A stretch of 63,375 nucleotides of DNA, filler included, from Octopus bimaculoides (GCF_001194135.2; 8 parts of 7 records of this genome joined end to end with filler, not necessarily neighbours in it); one strand, 5' to 3'; shown: positions 36,016 through 49,064, counted from the first letter of the whole stretch. Notes: generated from the letters alone by a model not told the origin. A program made the numbers and translations.

Positions 36016-36562
36016 TTGCTTTTTAAACTTTATTTGACCGGGTGAGTTGGATTATGGACCCTGTGTACGGCTGGTGGCATGTATCGAACAGGCTATCATT
36101 CAGCCACCAGTCCAACCTCTGGTTCAAGCAGCCACCTTTGACTGTCGTAAATGCAATCATATGGAATCTCAATGATGCAGAAAAGACAATGTCTTACAGC
36201 AGACCTAATTCTTCATTAGCAGAAAGAAAAAAAGAAAAAGATAAAAAACGAAAGCTTGCCAAATTGCAGACAATGAACAGCTGAGGGAGAAAGATTAATG
36301 GATTTAATGATGGTGGGATTGGGGGTCGGGGGTTGGGGAGAAGGATAAGAAAGAAGAAAAACAACAACAGGAATAAGAACAATGATATTATCAACAACAA
36401 CAACAATAACAGTAGCAACAACTACAAGAAAAAGAACATAATAGAAATAACAAGACAACAACAATAACAATAATAACAGAACAACTACAAGAAGAAGAAG
36501 AAGAAGAGCAGCCGCAGCAACGACAGAAAGTTGTAATTGAAGCTTTACTATTTGTCATCAAT

Positions 36563-36577
36563 AGCGCCACCTATTGA
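36563..36577. promoter_or_regulatory. CTCF-like motif
   Basis: AGCGCCACCTATTGA vs the established consensus GCGCC(A/C)(C/T)CT(A/G)GTGG; lies in non-repetitive sequence. Confidence 0.35.
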
Positions 36578-36673
36578 CAAATGTTCTGCATTAGTTCACA
36601 ATTAAACGGAAAGGAAATACTTCAGTTATTACCAAAAGAATAACAAAGATTAATGACAGCAGCAGCAGCAGCT

Positions 36674-36709
<36 letters not shown>

Positions 36710-38310
36710 ATAGTAGTAGTAGTAGTAGTAATTTCTTTTATTGTCAGCAACAACAGAAATAGCAACAACAGAAATAGCAACAACAACAACAACAACAACA
36801 ATGATATAAAAATGATGATAATAAATATATATAAAATCTGTTAAAAATGTTTTCTCTTGAAAGAATAAATGGTTTATAAATTTTGTTTTGCAAATTTATT
36901 CAGAATTCCGTTTTTTGTCATTTTTTTCTTTCTTTTTCTTTTTTGTAATTGTAATTTCTTCTTGGTGATTAATGTTCTGCTCTTACCATTTTCTCAAGAA
37001 TTGTCTTTTATAATCTATGACTTGTTGAATAATTTACCTCAACGCTGCTGCCAAACTTACATTTAGTTATTTTTTGTCGTTGAGATTTTCAATTTTGGTA
37101 TTTCGCTTATTAATTGGGTGAAATGAGTGTCATCAGATATTGAATGGATCAACGCAGACGAGGAAATACAAGAAAAGGAAAAATACAAGAACGAAAACCA
37201 AGGAACCTAATTATTTTTGGTGTACCTTGGACATTGGAAGAAAAATCTATGTTGATCATGTGGGAGTAATTTTGTGTAAATAACGGGGAAATTGCGAAGT
37301 AAATAATGCGTACAAATATAATTGGTAGCATATATAATGGCTATAGATACCCTGGGTGTGTGTGTGTATATATAATGTCAGCTTTGGTGAGAGTGTTGAT
37401 TCATGTCATGTTTATGCAAACAGGATGTTTAGAACACGATAATAGATTGTTGGACCAATAAATTGTGGAAACCACAACTTGTGGGACAAAGAAAATATAA
37501 ATAGAGGTCACGATTCGTTGACGAGACCAGAATAACGTAGGAACATTTTTGTAATTGTCTCCCTTATTTGTGCTGGAATCCTAAAAACCCAGGATTTTTT
37601 TTATTGTTAAATAACGTTCTTTTCACGGCATATTTATTTTTAGTTGGTTACTTAATGCGCCACGTATGAAATTTACTAACTCCGATTATTTATTATCGAT
37701 TAAATCGATTCTAATCGATGATTGCTTCTGCTTTCTATCAACCCCCCCCCCNNNNNNNNNNNNNNNNNNNNNNNNNNNNNNNNNNNNNNNNNNNNNNNNN
37801 NNNNNNNNNNNNNNNNNNNNNNNNNNNNNNNNNNNNNNNNNNNNNNNNNNNNNNNNNNNNNNNNNNNNNNNNNNNNNNNNNNNNNNNNNNNNNNNNNNNN
37901 NNNNNNNNNNNNNNNNNNNNNNNNNNNNNNNNNNNNNNNNNNNNNNNNNNNNNNNNNNNNNNNNNNNNNNNNNNNNNNNNNNNNNNNNNNNNNNNNNNNN
38001 NNNNNNNNNNNNNNNNNNNNNNNNNNNNNNNNNNNNNNNNNNNNNNNNNNNNNNNNNNNNNNNNNNNNNNNNNNNNNNNNNNNNNNNNNNNNNNNNNNNN
38101 NNNNNNNNNNNNNNNNNNNNNNNNNNNNNNNNNNNNNNNNNNNNNNNNNNNNNNNNNNNNNNNNNNNNNNNNNNNNNNNNNNNNNNNNNNNNNNNNNNNN
38201 NNNNNNNNNNNNNNNNNNNNNNNNNNNNNNNNNNNGACATATATCTTTCTAATTTATGTATTACGTATTCTCTTCTAAACACAAATTTCAGTCTCTCTCT
38301 CTCTCTCCGT

Positions 38311-38372
<62 letters not shown>

Positions 38373-38971
38373 GTCTGTTTCTCTATCTATCTGTTTCTCT
38401 ATCTGTCTGTGTGTCTGTTTCTTTCTCACTCCATCTCTCCGTCTCTCTGTCTCTCTGCCTCTCAATTCTTCTCTCATTCCCTCCCCCTCTCTCATTCTCT
38501 CTCCTTCTCCCCCCCTCTCTCTCAGCGTACCAATCTATTTAACCTCGTCTAATTGCTTCCACCTAAGAGCGCCTCTCATCTCCCGCAGACGATTCTTTCA
38601 ACAACATTCGGTCTTCGCTTTGCGTTTTTGTTACTTCTTGTCTGAAGTACAAATCAAGAATCAGGTTTCTTTGAAGAATAAAATTATAGAAGTTGAAAGG
38701 AATAAATATAGACAGGAGCAGTCACGGTTGGCGATTCTTCGATATTCTGTTCGGCGGACATTCTTCATAGAATTGCCATCGAAGAGGTAGAAATTTGTCT
38801 TGTCGCATTGTGGTTTGTCGTCCACATCAATGGAAATTATGATGGGGAGGCACAACATCAGTGATTTGCAAATGTTGGTCACATTAAAGAAACGAGTGGA
38901 TAAGCATCATGCACACTCATATAAGCATAGATAGTTATCTACCCCCCCCCCTCCACACACATGCATGCATA

Positions 38972-40278
38972 CACGAGGTTAAGTAAAAATTGTACACACC
39001 CTTGTTTTTGTAATTTACTAAAACAAAAGAAGAGGCTTGAAAGTTCCATCATTTTTCGGCTTAGTCTCCTTGCTTTTCGATGCACTTCTTCCAGTAACCC
39101 AAAAGCTTCCTTATTCCATCGGAGAAGAAGGTTTCGGCTGGTTGCGCAGCCATTTATGCACCTCTTCCTGCGTTTCTTCGTCCGTAGCAAATTGACGACC
39201 TCGAAAGCGATGGCTGAGCGGTCCCAATAGGTGATAGTCGGAAGGGCCGGGATCTGGACTATTTCCAGAGTGTTTCAGCAACACGAAAGCCAACTTTTCT
39301 CTGGTTTCAACGGCGTGGGTGACTGTATGTGAGCGTGCATTGTCGTGCAACAATAGTACTTTCTTTGACCATAGACCTCAGCGTTTGGTGCAAGTTGATG
39401 GTTTCAGTTTGTTGGCCAAGATTTCACTGTTGCCTCTGCAGGTAATTGTAGATCCCTTTTCCAGATAATGTTCCAGTATAGATCCGTTTACGTCCCCCAA
39501 AACGGTTAACATCATTTTTACCTGCAGAAGGTTGAGTCTTGAATTTCTTTTTCGCTGGCGATTCCAGGAGTTCCCACTCCTTATTCAGCCTTTAGGATTC
39601 TTACTGAAAGTGATGGATTCCAGTCCCATCTCCTGCAGCTATTCACTCCAAAAAAACTTCGCTTTCCTCGTTGTAGTAGTCGTGTAAGCGTTGACAGATC
39701 TCCACACGATTGCGCTTATGCGCTTTGGTAAGCTCTCTTGGCATCCATCTCGCACAGACTTTAAAGAAGCGAAACTTGTCGTAAATAATTTCGTATACAG
39801 AACCATGACTAATTTGCAGACAACATGTCACCTCATCAATGGTCACCCGTCGGTTCGCCACACTCATCTCTCGAGCTTATTTGAATCTTCACGTTAGTGA
39901 TGGAATTCGATGGACATCTTGCCCAATCATCGTGCTTCACGCTTATCTGACAATTTTAAAATTTCGTGATTCACTCATACACACTTCTACGCGGTAGAAC
40001 GCTGTCTCTGTGTTGTGCCGAAAGCCTGAGAGGAATTTCAGCCCGTTACACATCTTCAGACGAGAGGAATCAGAGCACCGATCTCTGTTCTTCCTTGGTG
40101 TACACTGTTACCAGAGGGGCCAGATTTACTGCGCAGCACAAGAAAGAAAACGAGTGAGCAAAGTGAAGACTTGGTTACGTAAGCACAAGAGCACCACTTT
40201 CTAACACGCGAGCGCTGAAAGCAGTGGCAGCCAGCCTAAAGAAAGCGTTGGCGAAAGTGCGGATAATTTCTGACTTCC

Positions 40279-40282
<4 letters not shown>
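38972..40282 (-). mobile_element. Near full-length decayed mariner (DD34D) transposon, ~1.3 kb
   Basis: N-terminal TKEEQRSVL*FL..RRSVYE* HTH; WMPRELT motif; LHDNARSH..SPDPGPSDY with 34 residues between D2 and D3. Degenerate TIRs cgaggttaagtaaaaattg (38974) / ggataatttctgacttcccctc (to 40282). Multiple stops and frameshifts. Confidence 0.93.
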
Positions 40283-40367
<85 letters not shown>

Positions 40368-40489
40368 CATATATACACACATATATCTACATCTACATAT
40401 ACATATACATACATATACAGTATGTGTGTGTCTGTGTGTGTGCGTGCATGTGTGTCCATATGTATAAATGTATACGTATTTATAAAAAT

Positions 40490-40535
<46 letters not shown>

Positions 40536-40610
40536 GCATACATTAATTATATATATACATACATAATTAAATACTTATATGTGTGTATAAGTCTGGAGTT
40601 AGTTTTTCAA

Positions 40611-40727
<117 letters not shown>

Positions 40728-42200
40728 TATTCCTCTAAATTTCTGTCAAAGACAATCATATCAGTATTGAAGACTTCTGCTGTTGTCAAAGTTCCATATT
40801 ACTACCAATTCCACTTAGGAACCATTCTGTATATTTGATTGATAAATATGGTTTGGCATTCTGTTAGGTTTTCTGCTTAAATAACATTTGATCGACGCTT
40901 CTATCACATGCATTTCTCTAATGGCATGGACACAGAACATGAAGAGAAAAGGTACAATGGTTTAAAAACATACTCTAGCATTAATCTATGGTATTCTCTG
41001 AAGGCAATTCAAGCTTATTTCAATGTTGTTCCGATGATGTCCTTCAAATTCTTCTCATTGTCTTTCAAATTCTTCTCATTCGTTGTTGAAGATTTTCAAA
41101 GCATTTTGTTTTTAATCAAGTATTTACCTCTAAAAGCATTCTTCGTATCCAAATATATTTAATACTTTTATAATATGTATATATACTATATTTTATACAA
41201 ATATATATATTCATACACAACAGACACACACACAAACACATTATATATGTTGACTTTATAAATTTAATCCAATTGTGTTGTTTAGACATTTTTACGTGGC
41301 AAATGTCTTTAATAGAAGAATCACCGCTAATTCAAGACACTCATCAGTCAATAATCTCGTAGAATAATCTTTCATTGGTAACGATCTTTTAGACTTGTTG
41401 CTTCATTTTTAGTTCTATTATTCAAAGATTTTGTTTAAACTATCTTTCATACCTCTCCCACCCACACGCTGTTATATTCTTCCTTTTTTCTCCTCTTCGT
41501 TCTCCTCTTCCTAATCTTCCTCCTTCTGCTCCTCATCTTCCTCGTCTTATTCTTATTCTTTTTCTATTCCGTCTCCTTTTCTTCTCCTTCTCTGAAACAT
41601 TTCAATCTGCTGTACTGATAAGATCCAATAAGGCCGGAACATATGTGCAACTGTTACCTCCTCTGGTAACAATATGAGTTTCTCTCTAAGCAGCGTAACA
41701 GTTCCATTGCCTATGAAACCAGTTCTTAATTTCCTGCAATTATCTTCCAGCTTCATTAAGAATCTTCAAAAAGTATCGCCAGGTTTTTGCTCTCTTTCTC
41801 TAACCAAGAGGTAAATATCGATTATCTAAAAATCGTTACGTTAATCATTCTTCAGATCAGCCCTTATCTGAAGGAACACCAGTAATTGGCTGAACGCCTC
41901 TGGAAATATGTGCGTTTATATCTTGGTTGCACACCAACAGATGCAGTCTCGAGTTTTTCCTTCTTTCTGTTTCAATGTAAACTCTAAATATAAATATACA
42001 CAAAAATAGATGTGTATACGTTTATGTAAAAATATGTATATATGAATGGATACATGCATTTATGTATATACGTATGTATTTATACATATCTATCCACATG
42101 CATGCATGCATAAACATTCTGTCTGTGAACTGCTAGAATGGGTATACATTATTAAACAGGGTGAAATGGCAAGTGTATATAGGGAAGAACTCGTTTAAAC

Positions 42201-42309
42201 AGTCACCTGAGGAGGTGTATTCTACACCTGGAATTTAAGATAATGACTGTACAACATCTTACCTTATAAATTACTGATGCAAGAATGCGTCGAAACAATT
42301 GTAGTGGTT
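42201..42309 (+). ncRNA. Type-I hammerhead ribozyme motif, intact core, extended stem II
   Basis: Stem I AGTCAC (42201-42206) / GTGGTT (42304-42309). Core CTGAGGA 42207-42213. Stem II GGTGTATTCT (42214-42223) / AGAATGCGTC (42282-42291). GAAA 42292-42295. Stem III AC-AATT-GT (palindrome ACAATTGT). GUA site ending 42303. AATAAA at 42313. Confidence 0.72.
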
Positions 42310-42357
42310 TTGAATAAAGAATCTCATTAATTCCATTTTCTGTCATTTATCTACGTG

Positions 42358-42405
<48 letters not shown>

Positions 42406-42679
42406 TGAGACCATNNNNNNNNNNNNNNNNNNNNNNNNNNNNNNNNNNNNNNNNNNNNNNNNNNNNNNNNNNNNNNNNNNNNNNNNNNNNNNNNNNNNNN
42501 NNNNNNNNNNNNNNNNNNNNNNNNNNNNNNNNNNNNNNNNNNNNNNNNNNNNNNNNNNNNNNNNNNNNNNNNNNNNNNNNNNNNNNNNNNNNNNNNNNNN
42601 NNNNNNNNNNNNNNNNNNNNNNNNNNNNNNNNNNNNNNNNNNNNNNNNNNNNNNNNNNNNNNNNNNNNNNNNNNNNNNN

Positions 42680-42706
42680 GACGTTTCGGGCGTAGCCCTT
42701 CGTCGG
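42680..42706 (-). ncRNA. Penelope-type minimal hammerhead motif (U4>C variant), 3' side lost in gap
   Basis: Minus strand CCGACGA-A-GGGC-TAC-GCCC-GAAA-CGTC, then Ns. Confidence 0.55.
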
Positions 42707-42904
42707 AAAGATGGAAAGTTCGGAGAATGGAAGAACGGAGAAAGAGGAAAATGGTACCGATGCCCACGAGGTTACATATATATATACACACATATATATA
42801 CACATATATGTGTGTATGTATGTGTGTGTGTGTGTGTATGTAAATGTATGTACACACAAATACTCAGTGTTAAGACAAGGTTATTATTTTAAAGCAAGTA
42901 ATGG

Positions 42905-43035
42905 CGCCGGCGTCGACTTTGCCTTTCATCCTTTTTAGGATCTGTGGAATGAGTCGCAGTCGATCAGCGAGGTCGGTCTTCTCGTCTTACCCGCTCCACC
43001 CCTAGAAATGCCGGCCTTGTGCCAAAATTGGCAAC
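42905..43035 (+). mobile_element. SINE family D 3' fragment
   Basis: gtcgactttgcctttcatcctttt...ggccttgtgccaaaattgg. Confidence 0.7.
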
Positions 43036-43158
43036 CATTATTTGAAAGCAGGTTTAAGAATAACAACGGAACTCTTACGGCTGATTCGACTCTCTAAGGA
43101 GTGTAAAACTCAGCTTAAATTGAATATCAAGTTGTCTGGGACTACGCAGTATGTATGC

Positions 43159-43189
<31 letters not shown>

Positions 43190-43205
43190 TGTATGGGCAA
43201 GCGTA

Positions 43206-43246
<41 letters not shown>

Positions 43247-43406
43247 GTGTGCGTGCGTATATACGTTGCCGATTCATTATAACAATATTTTTTTTTCCTT
43301 TTCTCATAATGTTGAAGATATTTTTTTTACTATTCGCGCCAGACATATTCATGATAACCGTCAACTCAAAACCATTCCAATTTATTAACTGTTGTAATTA
43401 TTCTTC

Positions 43407-43437
<31 letters not shown>

Positions 43438-45374
43438 CTTCTTCTTCTTCTTCTTCTTCTTCTTCTTCTTCTTCTTCTTCTTCTTCCATCATCATCATCA
43501 TCAACATCATCATCATCATCATCATCTTCTTCTTCTTCTTCTTCTTCTTCCATCATCATCATCATTATGTTTTCTCTCCTCTTCCTCCTTCTTTTCCCTC
43601 CTCCTCATTCTCCACCCATCCACGTCATTATCTCACCCCACTCACCTCCCCCTTTTTTATCACCTTTTTCCCTTCCTCACACCCTTTTATATCTCTACAC
43701 ATCATATTTAGTAATTTCATTCCCGCCATGTTTATTGATCTGCTTTTGCCTCTCCATTTCTATTTATCAATGTTATCGAACGAAACTGTGTTTCCCCAAA
43801 CTCCATTGTGATAACGTGTAATGTCCACAGTTTAAAATATTCATAACGTGTGCCGTGTCCAAGTCTCAAACTTGTAACCGTTCTCCGCCTCCCGTCCAAC
43901 ACAGTTTGGTGATATCTTCCAGATCCGGATATCGCCATTGTTGACAGTGTCTCACTGGATACAACCAATGTAAGGAATGAGGCTGAATCACTAAACCAGT
44001 TCTTGCTATCACCCTAATATCATGGTTGGTCTCCATAATTCCGTTAGTTATACAATCTATTCACAGTTACAAATTCCATTTCAGCAGTTAACCAATTCTA
44101 AAGTTGCACTTTTATTGAAATGGTAAAAATATCAAAGATAAGCAGTAATATATTCAAAGACTGTAATCGCCAAAAGCATGGGAATATATCTGGAATTGTA
44201 TTCTTGCTATAGTTTGCTGGAATTCCATTACTCTTGCGAGAGTTTTATACCAGAATTGTATTCTTGTTAGAGTTTAAAATGTATTTTCCTGCCACTGGTG
44301 CATGTTTATTAAATGAGCGACGGGTCTGGTCTGTGTTCTGTGAGAAACTTTCATGAGATATTCTGTTTCAAAAGAGCCATTAAAGATTTACAGATATTTT
44401 ACTGATAATCCATTTTACACATTGAAGCAAGAAAACAGACAAGAGACGGCAAGAATGCTTCTGGTTTTTTTCTTTCTTCTATTGTTTTCTTTTTTCTTCT
44501 TCTTCCAAACAAACCATTTTGATTCCGTGTTTTGTAACAAACAGTCTTTTATAGCTGAATGCTGCTAATTTCAGAAAAACTAAACCAACCGAGTGTGAGA
44601 GAGACAGAAAGGATGTAAGTTTGTAAGTTCGAAGAATATCTTTGAAATATATTCAACCAATTCTTTGACATTTGTGATAATTTTATCTTATATTCATTCG
44701 GTATTTTTAACCTCCTTTTCCTTCTTTTTTTTCCTCTTTATTTATTTATTTTGTTTATTTCTTCAAATGTATGTATTTCGTTCCTGTTGAAATGTTGCTG
44801 TCAAATCTTTAAACATCTACGGAGAAACATGTCAAAATGCGATTCTACAAACGACATTTCAAGAGAATTGGATCAACAATTTGCCAGGAAAATGTTTCGA
44901 GTCCTGTACTTTTTGTAAACCAACAAAATGTTGGTAGAAAACGTCCGCCCTTAATGGCGTCCAGACGTTAAGTACTTTGACACAGATCTTCACAACTACC
45001 GGCAGGAACAAGTCACCACGGCACCAAAGACTTCCAGAGAAAACAGGTTTCACAGCAAAGTTACTAATTGGGATAACATCAATGTTTGGAATCGGAGTTT
45101 ACCATTTTATTTTATTCTTTGTAGTTTAAAAATTTGTAGAATCACAAATGTCTCTCACTTAGCTTCCCCCTTCCCCTCCTCCTCTCTCTCTCTCTCTCTT
45201 CCACTTTCTCCCCCTCTCCTTCTCTCTTCGCTTCTTTCCCTCTCCTTCTCTTTCCCTGTTTTCCTTAGTCTTTCTCTAAAACATTGTTCTTCTCTCGAAC
45301 GAATATCCACTTTTCTTTTGTCTTTGCAGCATTGTTATATATTGTTGTTATTGTTGTTGCTGTCGTTGTGAGAG

Positions 45375-45490
45375 GACCAGCTGGCAGAAACGTTAGGGCG
45401 TCGGCAAAGTGCCCTGTGACATTTGTTCCGGATCTTTACATTCTGAGTTCAAATCTCGCTGATGTCAGCTTTGCCTTTCATCCATTCGGA
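45375..45490 (+). mobile_element. SINE family D 5' fragment
   Basis: cagctggcagaaacgttagggcgtcggc...ttctgagttcaaatctcgc...tttgcctttcatcc. Confidence 0.78.
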
Positions 45491-45504
45491 ATCCAACATC
45501 AACC

Positions 45505-45640
45505 ACAGTTCTAATTCCTTCGTCCACGGAACTTCGACCAACTGGAATTCTCTCCTTGGAAATGTGCTGAGCTGTGATTCTTAAAGGGGGAATGTTAACT
45601 TGTATGGAATTCACCGGACTTGAAGAAACTACAAAGGCTA
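45505..45640 (+). mobile_element. 3' end of a CR1/L2-group LINE
   Basis: Translates NSFVHGTSTNWNSLLGNVL, resembling the SFFxRxxxxWNxLP C-terminal motif of CR1/L2/Jockey ORF2. Confidence 0.55.
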
Positions 45641-45695
45641 TGGGTATAATCATTTCCTCCAAGACTATGAAGAATAGGAGAGAGAGAAAGATAGA

Positions 45696-45736
<41 letters not shown>

Positions 45737-46544
45737 GGATTAGATAGAGAGATGAGGAGAGAGAGAGAGAGAGAGAGAAGGAGAGAGANNNNNNNNNNAT
45801 GAGGAGAGAGAGAGAGAGAGAGAGAAGGAGAGAGATGAGGAAGGAAAAGAAGAGAGAGAGAGAGAGAGAGAAGGAGAGAGATGAGGAAGGAAAAGAAGAG
45901 AGAGAGAGAGTGGGCAGGTGGATGGAGAGATAGAGGGCGGGAAAGAGAGACAGACGTGTGGAAAGTTTGATTACAAAGAGTCACACACACACAGATATAT
46001 ACAATCACATCAATATATACACCTATGTAGACACGCAGAGAGACACTTCGACACAGTGGCATTTGTATATAAACATACATTCTCTCATACGTATTCAAAC
46101 TCACAAACATACATAAAAACAGAGACGAATACCCACAGATACACACACACACACACACAAAAAAATAGCTGGGGAAAAAAAAAACGTTAAAAAAGTGTTA
46201 AAAATGGCGAACGGAATAAAAAATTTCGTGATTGAATACTTCCTGGAGAAACAAACAGGAAAATGGGAAAGTATGCGGAAGGTTCTTGAGAGAGTTTCTG
46301 TGGAAGTATATGTATGTGTGTATGTATGTATACATTATGTGTGTATGTATGTATGTAAGTATATATATGTAATATATNNNNNNNNNNNNNNNNNNNNNNN
46401 NNNNNNNNNNNNNNNNNNNNNTTAATTAATTAANNNNNNNNNNNNNNNNNNNNNNNNNNNNNNNNNNNNNNNNNNNNGTAAGCAGTTGTATCCGTAAAAA
46501 TTTTATTTGCAGAGAGAAGAAATTGAAAGAAGATATATGAAATG

Positions 46545-46581
<37 letters not shown>

Positions 46582-47505
46582 ATGCGTGCTTGTGCATGTG
46601 TATGTGAGAGAGAAAGAGGGTGAGAAAGAGAGATAGAGTGAGTGAGTGAAGGTGTGTGTGTGGTGATGATTGGCGTCTTTTAAGGCACACACACATACAT
46701 AGAAAATGTAAAGTCATCGTACTGAATTTTTACGATAGTTGATTTATGGAAAAGATTGTTAAATTTTTGAAATGAAAATATGTGAATGAAGATTAAGTTA
46801 AGATCTCTACATGGTAGGTAGACCTAGTAGAAATAGCTGCCAAATCTCCCTCAAAACACCCTACTGTCTTAATCCGACAATTCTGCCTATTATGTATTTT
46901 GAATGAGAAACTGTAACTAAAGATTAAGATTATTAACCCCACAAAGAGCTGAAAGAAGAGAGACAACATAGAGAAAGTTTTAGCTGACTGTCATCCTGTA
47001 CTCCCCTTGCTGCTAGCAAAATGGTATATGCAGGCTGTTTGAGCAGCTGGTTGTTTTAATGGTGGAACCAAGGGGAATTCCATTTGAAAAAGTTTTAATC
47101 GATTTTCTCAGTAAGTATGGGGGTTATGAAAAAAATACTAACTGTATTCCAATCTATGCACCCGTTTGCATATGTGTGCCATTTTTGACGCGAATCCACA
47201 ATATATATGTTTATATATATTGTGCACGCGCGTATATATATGCGTAAGTGTGTATTTGGTGGGTGTGTTTGAGTGAGTGCTTGTATAATTAAGCATAGCG
47301 TGTATAATTAAGCAAAAATATATAAAAGCATCAAAATGAAATTAACAGCCCCTTGGAAGTAATTCCGATAATGGAATTCGTCTGAATACTTAACGAAGTC
47401 GAGTATTCTCGAAGCTTCAAAATTACTACCGCCTTCTTCTTATAATCATTCATATGTATATGTGAGTGTGTGTGTGTGTGCGTGTGTATGTGTGTGTGTA
47501 TGTAT

Positions 47506-47536
<31 letters not shown>

Positions 47537-47896
47537 NNNNNNNNNNATATATATATATATATATATATGTATATGCATATATAAACTGCACCGGCATTGT
47601 AGTAGTGTCGTAACGGCAACGGTTACTAACCGGTGCAGTTGAAACATGTGTCGTTCTACGTAAAAAGGTATATATATTAAAAGAATTAAAGGTAATGGTA
47701 TGCAACTTCGTAATTACGCTTATTATTAATATTGTTGATACACACACACACATATACTATACTGTGTTTTGAGTGCAGCGTTAAAAGGTTTGCCTCTTGT
47801 TTCTGGCGATGTAGGTGTTTCTTACATCTTCAGTCATATTTAATGACGGTTATAGCTTTCCATTTTGGTATATCTTCGCTTACTGCTGCCTAAATC

Positions 47897-47897
47897 A

Positions 47898-47956
<59 letters not shown>

Positions 47957-47985
47957 CATTATTATTATTACTATTATTATTATTA

Positions 47986-48040
<55 letters not shown>
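47897..48040. repeat. (TTA)n tract, the (TAA)n tail/target of the adjacent R4-like element
   Basis: Direct reading. Confidence 0.95.
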
Positions 48041-48041
<1 letters not shown>

Positions 48042-48435
48042 TTTAAACAGCTTCTAACGCTGGAAATATAATACAGTGTCAGCTCTTCACTACCAGTGAA
48101 CTAAGGTAACACCTCTTATTTTTCGAGAACCTTCCAGAGTATACGAGCGGTTTCAAGCAGTGTTGTTTTCTCCAAGTGCTCCACCCTTATTGCAGCCCCT
48201 ATTTGTTCCACGTACTTTTCAAGGTTTTTACTCACTGTTCCCAGGGCTCCGACAAATATTGGTACTACTACCACCTTTTTCATCGACCGCAACTGCTTAA
48301 CCTCCCAAGCTAACCTACCATATCTCTCGACTTTTCTTTCTTCCTTATCGCATACTTTGTTTTCAGCTGGGCATGTTATATCCATGACCCAACATAAGAG
48401 AACACCTAATTTGAAGACTACAGATCCAATCCATC
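48041..48435 (-). mobile_element. R4/Dong-like LINE 3' fragment (REL endonuclease)
   Basis: ORF 48116-48385: MDITCPAENKVCDKEERKVERYGRLAWEV...VPIFVGALGTV...LEKTTLLETARILWKVLEK; ends in (TAA)n. Confidence 0.9.
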
Positions 48436-48589
48436 ACTGGAACGTCTGTAAAACTCTGTAAAATTTTCCAGTTTATCATTTAAATATATATGTGAGCGTG
48501 TCTAGATATGCAACTATATGCTTGAGAATACATGCATAAAACATGCAAATCTGCACATACATACATACATACATACATACTCACAGATA

Positions 48590-49040
48590 TCTTCCCGTGA
48601 GGTATCATGCGTTCGCCTCAACAGCCTGAAACAAGATAACAAAATAAGAGAAAGACCTACCGATGAAGTCGACCATATTGAGACCAATGAAACAGCCACC
48701 AAGCTAAAACGTAACCGGTCAGGTATTGTGTGTGATCACAAGGAAAAGATATGTTCTGTTGTGGAAATCGGGTGTTCTCTAAATACTAATGTGGTTAGAA
48801 TAATACAAGAGAAAGAGGACATTTTTTGACCATTGATAAGGAGTTTGCAGATCCAGCAACCAAGATACATTTTCAGCTTCATATCTATTATTATTGAGCA
48901 ATAGAATACTCGCCAACCCGTCTCGAGAACATGGGATCTTGTGGAGAGATCGCAAACTCTTAATTGATACACTACAAATGATCACGATATCTGAGACTAA
49001 AAAAATATGCAAGACCTTAAAATTCAACGGATGATGAATA
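48590..49040 (+). mobile_element. Decayed REL-endonuclease LINE 3' fragment (different lineage)
   Basis: KRNRSGIVCDHKEKICSVVEIGCSLNTN...EKEDIF*PLIRSL...FSFISIII...LQMITISETKKICK follows the RPD-x-D/E-K-Y-L REL layout. Confidence 0.72.
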
Positions 49041-49064
49041 AGAATACACCTCCATTCACAACCT

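Noticed and set aside
36042-36284. 80-aa ORF MSWIMDPVYGWW...
   Set aside because: No domain or codon-like signal; it ends in an A-rich low-complexity run.
38540-38930. UTR-like unique segment with short ORF MEIMMGRHNISDLQ...
   Set aside because: Only weak splice signals and no homology recognised.
41590-41960. Possible LINE 3' fragment on the minus strand (KLEDNCRKLRTG...)
   Set aside because: Could not be tied to a definite conserved motif; left unannotated pending a homology search.
43800-45110. Possible non-coding exons (CAG|..AAT|GTAAGG near 43970; GAT|GTAAGT near 44615) and short ORFs near 44830-45120
   Set aside because: Frames close quickly and splice-like words are common in AT-rich DNA; needs RNA-seq.
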